Source: Octopus sinensis (Eukaryota). Taken from it: 38,210 nucleotides of DNA. The position numbers and the translations under genes are program-made. The notes under the pieces are model-generated. The model saw only the letters and a program-made list of their open reading frames with translations, had not been told where the DNA came from and did no database searches. Location of the stretch: positions 1 to 38,210 of the forward strand of contig NW_021835844.1 of assembly GCF_006345805.1 (NCBI RefSeq), in the 5' to 3' direction. Within the stretch, counting starts at the first letter, position 1, and every line of letters starts with the position of its first letter. Positions 1-10,330 of this stretch are shown piece by piece.

Positions 1-874
1 GAAAATTGACGCCTCAGTCCCAATTACCATTATTTGCCACAAGGTAATAGTTTCTTGCACAGCTAATCATAAAGATGACATAACTTTGGATGAGAAAACA
101 TAACTTTAGAATGCAAGCAGCTTCTTTAGTAGACAACATTGCCAAAATACAATACCCATATTGAAAATGTACGCAGATACTTTCTGTTTTAGAAAATCTC
201 TCATAGTTTGTAACGCTAAGAAACAATTCATCATTATTTTGGAAATACCAGAGAAAAAAATCTATGCCCGCCAAGCCTATATTCTACACTTCGTCTTTTA
301 ATTTAATATATAACTAGAAGTTTAAAATTTGATCAAGTAATTTTTATTTTTATTAATATATATATATATATACATTATTCCAGAATGTATATTGTTATTG
401 TTATTGTTATTGTTGTTGCTAATTATTGCAGTATTATTACTTCATTCCAATATGTTTATATTTGCAAATCTGGTTAGATTAAGAAGGAATATATTCACAA
501 ACAAGACTCAATAGAACTGTGACTTGTTAATAATTAGTTGCAAATCATATTTTCATATAACGTTATTAGTTATCGTTAATTAGATATTAATTAAATCATA
601 TTATTGAATGGGTCGATAAATGAGTGTTTCTGATTATACTTTGCTTAGATACAATTGATCAATATGTCTTCTAAGAATTAATCACAAACATTTTGATATT
701 CAAGAACTCTTACAGAATAAGTAAGATATAAAAACAAAGCATTTATGCAAAAGCCTATAACTGAGGTTTAAATCTTAATCCGATGAAATTGAAATATTAA
801 TTAATATACAATAGTTATTGAAAATTATTAACATTATCAAGTATCAAATGAGTCATTTTTCTACTAAAATAACA

Positions 875-1072
875 AAGCCTGGAATTTTAGTGAAGGGTCC
901 TAGTCAAAGACGTTGATTCCAATGCTCAGTTGGAATGCTTATTTAGTAGGAACAGAGACGATGAGAAGCAAAGTCGACTTCAGCAAAATTTGAACTTAGA
1001 CACCGAAGATGGACAAAATGTCACTGAGATTTTTGTCCAGCATTCTAACGACTCGGCCAGCTAGTCGCCTTA
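875..1072 (-). mobile_element. SINE group C copy (degenerate)
   Basis: Shares 'aaagtcgacttcagcaaaatttgaactt...cattctaacgactcggccagctagtcgcctt' pattern with copies at 12490, 25705, 28845, 34345. Confidence 0.7.
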
Positions 1073-1451
1073 CACTTACTGAATGATGCAACGGTTTCGA
1101 GTTCCTCAAATATACCTGCGTACAACTGCGTTATACACATTGATGGTGTCAGCAGAAATAATTACGAATATACGTCCGAAAAATACGTATCTATTACGTA
1201 TCTCTTACGTCATCCACGAAAAATCACCAATTTAATTAAGTCTATCAATGAGAAACACTTTGATGGTTGCACGGTATTTCGGAGGCAATCGTTTTTATAT
1301 TTTACTTGTTTCAGTCATCGAAGGCTTAAGTCAAACAAATCGATTCCAGTACTTAATTTTAAACCTTGCACCTATTCTATCATTGTATTTTGGAGAAAGG
1401 ATAGATTGCATGGAGGTAAACGCACACGTATTTATGTCTCCCTTTATCTAT

Positions 1452-1629
1452 CTATCTATCTGTCTGTGTCTGTCTGTACGCCTGTCTGTCTCCCCTTTCT
1501 TTTCCACTATCTCGGTTTATACCACATACACACACGCACATATGTGTGTGTATATATAACATATATATTGTATATATATGTATATATGTATATATATATA
1601 TATATACATATATATGTGTATATATGATG

Positions 1630-1661
<32 letters not shown>

Positions 1662-1935
1662 CATATATATATGTATGTATATATATATATATACATATAT
1701 ATATATGTATATATATATATGTATATATATAATGTATATATATATATATGTATATATGTATGTATATGTATATATATATGTATATAATATATAATGTATA
1801 TATATATATATATAAATGCATACATATATATACATATATATATAAAACACATACATATTTATATATACATACAAATGTATGTGTGAGTTGTGTGTTCTTG
1901 TGTGTTCATGTGTGTGTATGCATGTGTGTACGTAT
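1452..1935. repeat. Compound (TCTA)/(AT)n/(GT)n microsatellite
   Basis: Direct dinucleotide/tetranucleotide periodicity; source of the YI-repeat ORFs. Confidence 0.95.
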
Positions 1936-2893
1936 GTTTTTTCTAAACATTAACGATGTAAACTGCAAAGTATTTTTTTGTCTTTGTTTTTGTTTACCAC
2001 AATTGCATCGGTTCAGTACCGATCTGGCGCAAATCAATAATAGCAAAAGACGCAAAGTCTATAACTATTTTACCTGTTTCTTGTCTGATTAAAATTAATG
2101 GGAATTTAAGAGGTAGAACGTATTGTAAATTTTAAATATCTGTGTACATGGCCGTCCATGGTCATCCATCAGTGTTACTGAACTGTCAAGTGAAACGAAG
2201 TAGTACAGTAGCTGAACAGCAGACGAAAGGTTTCGAATTTTGGTATCGAGTATTAACCATTTAAGTTAACGAGGGTGGGTGCTCAAAAGTTATATATATA
2301 TATAGTAAATTCAAAAAGAATAAACACAAAAAGGCAATAACGCGAGGACGTTGTACATGTAATGTATTAGCAGACGCTCAGGAAAGGAAAGAAAGATGGT
2401 TTAACGTTTCGAGCAGTCGCTCTTCTTCGGAAAGAGATGAAAGTCCAATAGAATGGAAGACGGAGAAAGATAATCGCCAACGATTCACATGTGGTTACAT
2501 CTATATATCGATATATATATATATATATATACACATATACGCTGATGAAAGTCATGGAATTTATATTTTATTATATTCCTAATCTAGAAATGCGTTCGTA
2601 AATGACTTTGTTTTCGTTTTTTCTTCCTTCTGTTTTGCATATGTGAATTACAAGGATATGTCGTATGTGGAGTCTCATTTGTAGAAAATGGAAATAAACA
2701 GTCTTTGACTGCTATTTCTAATTGTTTCGGTATGTGGCTAAGCAACCTGTTGCCTGCCTCTATTATTTATATACAAAATATATATTGAACTTTTATAGAA
2801 GTTCCTACTGTTAATGGTTATATTTACATGCCGAAATCTACCAGTAAATAATTGTGATTTTTTAAAAAAACCATTAAAGATATTATTTACTCT

Positions 2894-2967
<74 letters not shown>

Positions 2968-2969
<2 letters not shown>

Positions 2970-3045
2970 CTCGGAATGTTGGGCATCCAGCCTGGCTTTT
3001 TCGCGAGACCCTTTTAAGCCAATAACTTTTCAGCATCTCTCGTGT
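2968..3045 (+). mobile_element. Right half (with TIR) of a mariner-derived MITE
   Basis: 'aactcggaatgttgggcatcc...ttaagccaataacttttcagcatctctcgt' aligns by eye with 21140-21205 of the intact copy. Confidence 0.65.
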
Positions 3046-3139
3046 ACACACACACACACACACACAGATATATATATATATTTATATAATATATATATAA
3101 TATAATATATATATATATATAATATATATATATATTATA

Positions 3140-3230
3140 TTTAACCTGATGAGCGACTATATTTATATGCAAGTCATTTCTCTACTATAATCATTTCTTA
3201 ATATAGCAGCGAAACACGTGTCTAAAGTGT
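3140..3230 (+). ncRNA. Minimal type-I hammerhead-like motif (Penelope-type)
   Basis: CTGATGA 3146-3152; stem II GC(ga)CTATAT...ATATAG(ca)GC; GAAA 3211; stem III C-ACGT-G; GTC cleavage triplet 3220-3222; stem I imperfect. Confidence 0.55.
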
Positions 3231-3395
3231 TCTACCTATTATATACAATATATTAGTCTTGTAACTTACTGAATCTTTACTTTTTAATTGTTATTTTAAT
3301 TTTAACTTTTCTATCATATGTAATTTTCTATTTGGTGTAATTTAATTATTCCTTTTGAATTGATAAAAGGTGTTTTTTAATAATATTATATATAT

Positions 3396-3797
3396 ATAAT
3401 AGAAATATTAAAATTACTAAGTCTCTCTAAAGGAGATTACGGCAGCGTTACTGGAAATTAATAGTTATCGCCATACTTATATGGCGATTAGCTCCAAGAG
3501 GCCACCACCTCAAGCTAGCTATTTGACACACAACCTGCGTCCATTATAAACCTTCGAATAGGGGAGGTCAGCCGCTTCATCCTGCCAGTCAGACAGCTGC
3601 AGACATGTTTCAGGGTATTTGCCCTTTATCAATGCAGCGTAGTCAGACCCAGCAGATGTCGCTACTGACTGTCCCTATTTACCTAGTTTCAGTGGAATAC
3701 ATCCACTTGTTTTCAATAATAGAAATATTAAAATTACTAAGTCTCTCTAAAGGAGATTACAGCAGCGTTACTGGAAATTAATAGTTATCGCCATACT

Positions 3798-3802
<5 letters not shown>
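3396..3802 (-). mobile_element. 320-bp hammerhead-bearing unit with 87-bp terminal direct repeat (retrozyme/Penelope-derived non-autonomous element)
   Basis: 3396-3482 repeated at 3716-3802 (1 mismatch, period 320); hammerhead on minus strand at 3596-3638. Confidence 0.6.
3596..3638 (-). ncRNA. Minimal type-I hammerhead ribozyme, U3:A8 core variant
   Basis: Minus strand reads GCUGCA-UUGAUAA-AGGG(caaaua)CCCU-GAAA-CAUG-UC-UGCAGC: 6-bp stem I, 4-bp stem II, palindromic stem III, GUC site. Confidence 0.7.
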
Positions 3803-3832
<30 letters not shown>

Positions 3833-3860
3833 ATATATATATATATTATATATATATATA

Positions 3861-4006
3861 TACGGGCGAATGGGTACTGAAAGTTCCTGGATTCTAGTAA
3901 AAGAAAATACAGGTGAATCAATTTATTATGTTTTCATTCAACATATTCCCTTCTCTGATTCACCTATTGCAGTGGTCATTCTGTTTTTCTAAACCCTGTA
4001 AATGAA
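3861..4006 (+). mobile_element. Left half (with TIR) of a mariner-derived MITE
   Basis: 'tacggg...ctgaaagttcctgg...gaaaatacagg...tttttctaaaccctgtaaatgaa' aligns with the 20627-21205 copy. Confidence 0.6.
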
Positions 4007-4492
4007 AAGTGGTATAGCAGATACCACATTTTCCATCCTAAACCCAGATGGAAATTTGAAGTTAACACTGCGATTTAACGAGTAACTTTCGAATTTTGTT
4101 GCACTGGTACATCTTCCCGAATTTAAATAATTGAACACAATTTCTTATTCCAGTGTACAATTAAGGTTTCAGCAACACAGGATGTTCATTCGTCTTAGTA
4201 TCCGGTTCTGTAACCACGTGACCGTCGTTCTTTCTTTCCACACCATAAATCAAAATTGTCATCAACTTTAAGACTGTCAGTATTACCTTATGCTTGTAAA
4301 TACTACCTTATATCTGTCAAGTTTATAATGCTTTCTGGGATTAGAACTACCGTGTATTTGCATGTGTCGACTTTATCAGAATTCCGATAAGGCTATAAAC
4401 GTGAATGTCAGAATAGATATTTCAGAATAGATTTATCAGTTAAAAAATAATGTATGCCAAGTTACATTAAAGCCAATACCAGCTGATCATCG

Positions 4493-4504
4493 TTATATAT
4501 ATAT

Positions 4505-4538
<34 letters not shown>

Positions 4539-4710
4539 ATATATATATATATATGTATGTATATCCTTATGTGTGTATAAGTGTGTGTATATGTACATAT
4601 ATATCGATGAGAGTGTATGTGTGTGTATATATTTTTGTAATATATATATAGATAGATAGATAGATAGATATAAATATATATATATATATAATATATATAG
4701 ATATTAATAT

Positions 4711-4748
<38 letters not shown>

Positions 4749-4783
4749 TAGATATATATGTATAAATATATATATATATATAT
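4493..4783. repeat. (AT)n-rich compound microsatellite
   Basis: Direct periodicity. Confidence 0.95.
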
Positions 4784-6574
4784 CATCAACAATCAAGGAA
4801 CGGCCATAATAGGCCATTCACCCACTAGAAATAACAGCCAAAGCTTCAACCGCAAATAAAAATCAATTCCGTAAACCAGGAGAAAATTTAAAAAACATTT
4901 ACCCTGTAATTTCTTATACGATGCACCGTTTCATCTGCTGTTTAATGGTAAACTAACCTGATTAAATTAAATCAAGCCAATCTTCCATAGGCCCTCAGAT
5001 TCTTCAGTAAGAATAGCCCAAGTCGGAACAGATATTTTCACGAGGCATTCCGACCCTGCCAAGGTAATATCTGACCTAAAATTTTCAAATCGTCGCACTC
5101 GCGCCAAATTTATCGGCAGCAAATAAATATAAGCCGTCGATTCCATTACGGAATTAACCAGAAAATTCATAATTAATCAATATAGGGTGGCAAAAAAAAA
5201 ATTTTGTAGAATTTTTTTGCCACCAGCGGCCTAGTGGAAAAAATTAAATAGTCATAGACCATTTTTAAGTTCAACATCAACAATCAAGGAACGGCCATAA
5301 TAGGCCATTCACCACTAGAAATAACAGCCAAAGCTTCAACCGCAAATAAAAATCAATTCCGTAAACCAGGAGAAAATTTAAAAAACATTTACCCTGTAAT
5401 TTCTTATACGATGCACCGTTTCATCTGCTGTTTAATGGTAAACTAACCTGATTAAATAAATCAAGCCAATCTTCCATAGGCCCTCAGATTCTTCAGTAAG
5501 AAATAGCCCAAGTCGGAACAGATATTTTCACGAGGCATTTTTTGGTGGCAAAAAAATTCTACAAAATTTTTTTTGCCACCCTATATGATTAATTATGAAT
5601 TTTCTGGTTAATTCCGTAATGGAATCGACGGCTTATATTTATTTGCTGCCGATAAATTTGGCGCGAGTGCGACGATTTGAAAATTTTAGGTCAGATATTA
5701 CCTTGGCAGGGTCGGAAATGCCTCGTGAAAATATCTGTTCCGACTTGGGCTATTTCTTACTGAAGAATCTGAGGGCCTATGAAGATTGGCTTGATTTAAT
5801 TTAATCAGGTTAGTTTACCATTAAACAGCAGATGAAACGGTGCATCGTATAAGAAATTACAGGGTAAATGTTTTTTAAATTTTCTCCTGGTTTACGGAAT
5901 TGATTTTTATTTGCGGTGAAGCTTTGGCTGTTATTTCTAGTGGTGAACGGCCTATTATGGCCGCTCCTTGATTGTTGATGTTGAACTTAAAAATGGTCTA
6001 TGACTATTTAATTTTTTCCCACTAGGCCGCTGGTGGCAAAAAAATTCTACAAAATTTTTTTTTGCCACCCTATATTGATTAATTATGAATTTTCTGGTTA
6101 ATTCCGTAATGGAATCGACGGCTTATATTTATTTGCTGCCGATAAATTTGGCGCGAGTGCGACGATTTGAAAATTTTAGGTCAGATATTACCTTGGCAGG
6201 GTCGGAAATGCCTCGTGAAAATATCTGTTCCGACTTGGGCTATTTCTTACTGAAGAATCTGAGGGCCTATGGAAGATTGGCTTGATTTAATTTATCAGGT
6301 TAGTTTACCATTAACAGCAGATGAAACGGTGCATCGTATAAGAAATTACAGGGTAAATGTTTTTTAAATTTTCTCCTGGTTTACGGAATTGATTTTTATT
6401 TGCGGTTGAAGCTTTGGCTGTTATTTCTAGTGGGTGAATGGCCTATTATGGCCGTTCCTTGATTGTTGATGTTGAACTTAAAAATGGTCTATGACTATTT
6501 AATTTTTTCCCACTAGGCCGCTGGTGGCAAAATAATTCTACAAAATTTTTTTTTTGCCACCCTATATTGATTAA
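4784..6574. repeat. ~491-bp tandem array with an internal strand switch (1.5 units one way, 2.1 units inverted)
   Basis: 'catcaacaatc' at 4784 and 5275 (period 491); inverted copies start 'ggtggcaaaa' at 5544, 6032, 6523; copies differ mostly by homopolymer indels. Confidence 0.95.
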
Positions 6575-6669
<95 letters not shown>

Positions 6670-6765
6670 GATATATATATGTTCATATATATAAATGTTT
6701 ACATATATCTAAATGTTTTTATATATAAATGTTTATATATATAAATGCTTACATATATATAAATG

Positions 6766-6800
<35 letters not shown>
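6575..6800. repeat. (AT)n microsatellite with 'atatataaatgtt' variants
   Basis: Direct periodicity. Confidence 0.9.
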
Positions 6801-6803
<3 letters not shown>

Positions 6804-7154
6804 GTTCATAAATTCTATGCATGGGGTTTGTTTTGCCCGTCAGTTAAATTACATTCAAATTGCTGATAATTGCACATGACATATAAAACCGAAAAATAAC
6901 GTTTTTTCTTCGTGGTTAAATTAGCAGTTTATAGCGTTTAACAAGAAATGTTTGTCAAGTGTTTTGAAGGTTTTATCATGTTATTGAATTGAATTTGGTG
7001 AAGGAAGCGAAATGAATCAGCTAATTATCAACTGACTTGAAATTCTTCATAATTGAAATAGAAAAACAGGAAAGTTTAAGATGCAAGTATTGATGTATGA
7101 CTAAGGAATTCAATTTATAACCACGTGAATTAGGGCTCAGACAGATTTGCGCTG

Positions 7155-7410
7155 CAATTTGGTTAAGTGTTTTCTACTATAGCTCCGGGCTTACCAATGC
7201 CTTTGCATAAATTTGATCGACATAGTAACCCTGTCGTAATTATCCTTGTGTGTGTGTGTGTGTCATTTTTTTGTGTTTGTCCCCTTCACACTACTCTAAG
7301 ACTGCTGTTGACATGTTTACGACCGTAACTTAGCGACTCAACAAATGAAGCGATAAAATATGTACCAGACTTAAGAAATGATTGCTGGCGTAAGTTTGTC
7401 CAAATGAAAG
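7155..7410 (+). mobile_element. Old degenerate SINE group A copy
   Basis: 'aagtgttttctactatagctccgggc..accaatgcc' and 'gtgtttgtcccc...cgtaacttagcg' motifs shared with 11153-11556. Confidence 0.5.
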
Positions 7411-8187
7411 AAGTTGCCACGTTGTAAGATCAAACTTGAAGGTTTGTGATATGCATAGCAAACATAACCGCTTAGTCAATTCCTTCTTACCCGTTTAAAT
7501 GTCTTCTGTAAAATATAAGGGATTAGAAATTCTATTCCGGAAAGTATCTGCAGTAGTATTGTACTTAGCTTTGCTTGAGCTATTTTTGTCTCAGAAAATA
7601 AAAATCCTGCTTCTAATTTGGAGAAGGAAGACCAAAACCAGAATTCGTTCCCAAATCGTATCAATTCCTAGAATACTAATTGAGTGATATTTTATATAAT
7701 ATATAAATCGCAAGGAATATTTGCCAGAAGAAAAATTGGTTCAGTTTCGACAATTTGTATATTTTTTGATTGTCGGCCAAGTTATATATTTAAACTGATG
7801 AAAAATTTCTATAGGTGTAAATCTTGTGATTATGTTCCGAAAAGGTCATGTTTTATGTATAATATAAAATTAGCATCGTATGTATATACACAGGAACTTC
7901 TACCCGCTGCTTGGATCAACAGCTATTTTTCTATGATATTATTTATGAGGTAAAATGAAATGTAATCAGTTTAATTTATTTTTTTTTTATATATATATAT
8001 ACAGTATAATTGTGAGATCGTATTTAAAAGAAATATTCTTCTGATGTTGGAGAAAATTTGTTATAATCAATAATCTCTTTTATTCGATATCCTTACACAA
8101 ACAACTACATAACTCATTTCAATACCAAAAGTTGTTAATGATACGTAAGAAAAACATAGTGAGATCGACGAAATTTAATGATCATCA

Positions 8188-8544
8188 TCACCATAACCTG
8201 TTTCGATTCATGGGGGTAAGTAGGTTTGCAATAACAGTTTTTAACGCGTTTTGTCTTGTATCGTTTACTTTTGGGTTCATGTCACCCTGGTTTCTCTTTA
8301 CTTTCTCTTCTGCCTCAGGAAGTTCAGATATCCAGCCTTCCTGCTCCTCCAAAGGTACTGTCCGAAAGATTGCCCGACATAATATCCCTCCAGACTTTTT
8401 AATTAATTCCATACGAGCAGTAAACAAACGTTTTTTTTGCGGGTAGTAAGAAAATAGCAGCGATGGTGGATATCCAGAAGTTTGCGATGCAAAGGGTAAT
8501 GGCTTAAAGCCAAAAGTATTTAAGTTAAAACATATCAGATCGGG
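8188..8544 (-). other. Candidate coding exon of an unknown gene (118-codon open frame)
   Basis: Frame open from directly after a pyrimidine-rich ...ccctcatcctctAG (8545) to TGA; non-repetitive peptide PDLICFN...ELIKKSGGILCRAIFRTVPLEEQEGW...; no family recognised. Confidence 0.25.
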
Positions 8545-8685
8545 CTAGAGGATGAGGGACAGGTAAATCAAAATGGATTCGGTGAGGATTGTGACTCAAA
8601 TCGTTGGATTTCACACCAATAAGGATCGTTGTAGGAGAGACATAAATGGAAAGAAGAACAATATTCAATGAACAAGGGAATCATC

Positions 8686-8860
8686 CTTCTTCTTCTTCAT
8701 CTTTTTCTTCTTCTTCATCTTCTTCTTCATCTTTTTCTTCTTCATCTTCTTTTTCTTCTTCTTCTTCTTCTTCTTCTTCTTCTTCTTCTTCTTCTTCTTC
8801 TTCCAATTCCCCTTCTTCCAATTCCAATTCCCCTTCCTCTTCCACTTCTTCTTCTTCTTT
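8686..8860. repeat. (TTC)n microsatellite
   Basis: Direct periodicity; gives poly-S/poly-E/poly-L ORFs. Confidence 0.95.
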
Positions 8861-8861
8861 T

Positions 8862-9285
8862 TGTTTGCCCTTCATCCTTTCAAGGTCGATAAATAAATTA
8901 CCAGTCGACGTAGTTAACTTTCCCCACCCCACACAAATTGCTGGCATTGTCCCCATAATAGAAAAGGACCATTATTATTTGTTATGCTTGTTATTATCAT
9001 TGGTGTGTACGTTATGTAATAAAAATAAATTACCAGTCGACGTAATTAACTTCCCCAACCCACACAAATTGCTGGCATTGTCCCTATAATAGAAAAGGAC
9101 CATTATATTTGTTATGCTTGTTATCAGTATTTGGTGTGTACGTTATGTATTTAATAAATAAATTACCAGTCGACGTAATTAACTTTCCCCACCCCACACA
9201 AATTGCTGGCATTGTCCCTATAATAGAAAAGGACCATTATTATTTGTTATGCTTGTTATCATTATTTGGTGTGTACGTTTATGTA
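8862..9285 (+). repeat. SINE group C fragment with its 3' tail triplicated (~132-133-bp unit x3)
   Basis: 'ccagtcgacg' at 8901, 9033, 9166; preceded by SINE-C motif 'tttgcccttcatcctttcaaggtcgataaa'. Confidence 0.85.
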
Positions 9286-9868
9286 TGTAGAAAATGCTCC
9301 ATTATCAGCATGCAATCATATATCCAGTGTAGGCTATTTGTAAGTGTCAATAGTTGCTCTATAGCTTTAGAAACGTAATTTCATCAAATTATGAGACAAA
9401 AAAAAAAAATTTCAAACAGATTTAGTTGTTGATTGTTCATGAGGAGTGAAGATGTAGACGGCTTTTTTGTTGTTGTTGTTGTTGTTGTTTTCTTTATATT
9501 GTTATGAGGAGTCGATAGTGATTTTTCCCCTTGTTTATGTACGTATGGTAAGTAAAAAAAAAAAGAAAAAAAAAAGCTTAATGGGAAGTAAAGTGTTAAG
9601 AAGTTTCCATACATTTTGTGCCTTGGTTGCGAGAGTAAAAAGACCATAGTTGGTCACTAAGAAGACGCGGAGACGATGAACGCTAATGATGACTGCTTTG
9701 TTAGAGCTAACAATAATTGCAGGGTTCAGAAAAGAAGTGCAATGTATTTCCCTTTCAAGACATTAAGACAGCGTGACATAGACTGACACAATTAATGATC
9801 ACAAGAAATATAAGCCTCCATTGGTTTGTCTATTTATTTGTTTATACTTACCTATTATTCATCTGTCT

Positions 9869-9869
<1 letters not shown>

Positions 9870-9900
<31 letters not shown>

Positions 9901-9979
9901 AATCTGTCTATCTATCTATCTATATCTATCTATCAATCTGTCTATCTATCTATCTATATCTATCTATCAATCTGTCTAG

Positions 9980-10061
<82 letters not shown>

Positions 10062-10177
10062 GTCTGTCTGTCTGTTTGTCTGTCTGTATGTCTGTATGTA
10101 TGTATGTCTCTCTATCTATCTACCTCTATATGTTAGTCTATTTATTTGTTTACTTATCTATTCATCTGTCTTGTCTG

Positions 10178-10265
<88 letters not shown>

Positions 10266-10330
10266 ACTATCTATCTATGTGTCTATCTATCTATCCATCT
10301 ATCTATATCTTTATATATATATATATATAT
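9870..10330. repeat. (TCTA)n/(TCTG)n microsatellite
   Basis: Direct periodicity; source of SIYL-repeat ORFs. Confidence 0.95.

Noticed and set aside
14-274. 86-aa minus-strand ORF
   Set aside because: No recognisable motif or splice evidence; length compatible with chance
1049-1627. Long stop-free plus frame upstream of ORF 1406
   Set aside because: Runs through a SINE end, a SINE remnant and a microsatellite; only ~70 unique codons, no motif
1406-1874. Overlapping YI/IY-repeat ORFs (also at 4493, 16086, 21430, 27763, 28621, 37432)
   Set aside because: Translations of (AT)n/(GATA)n microsatellites
4967-6285. Three MNFLVNSVMES... ORFs
   Set aside because: Same 62-69-codon frame repeated with the 491-bp unit; C-termini differ by indels; no domain recognised
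8646-8956. Poly-S/poly-E/poly-L ORFs (also 17762-18268 mucin-like poly-T, 18418-18878, 32557-33171)
   Set aside because: Trinucleotide microsatellites open in several frames and both strands
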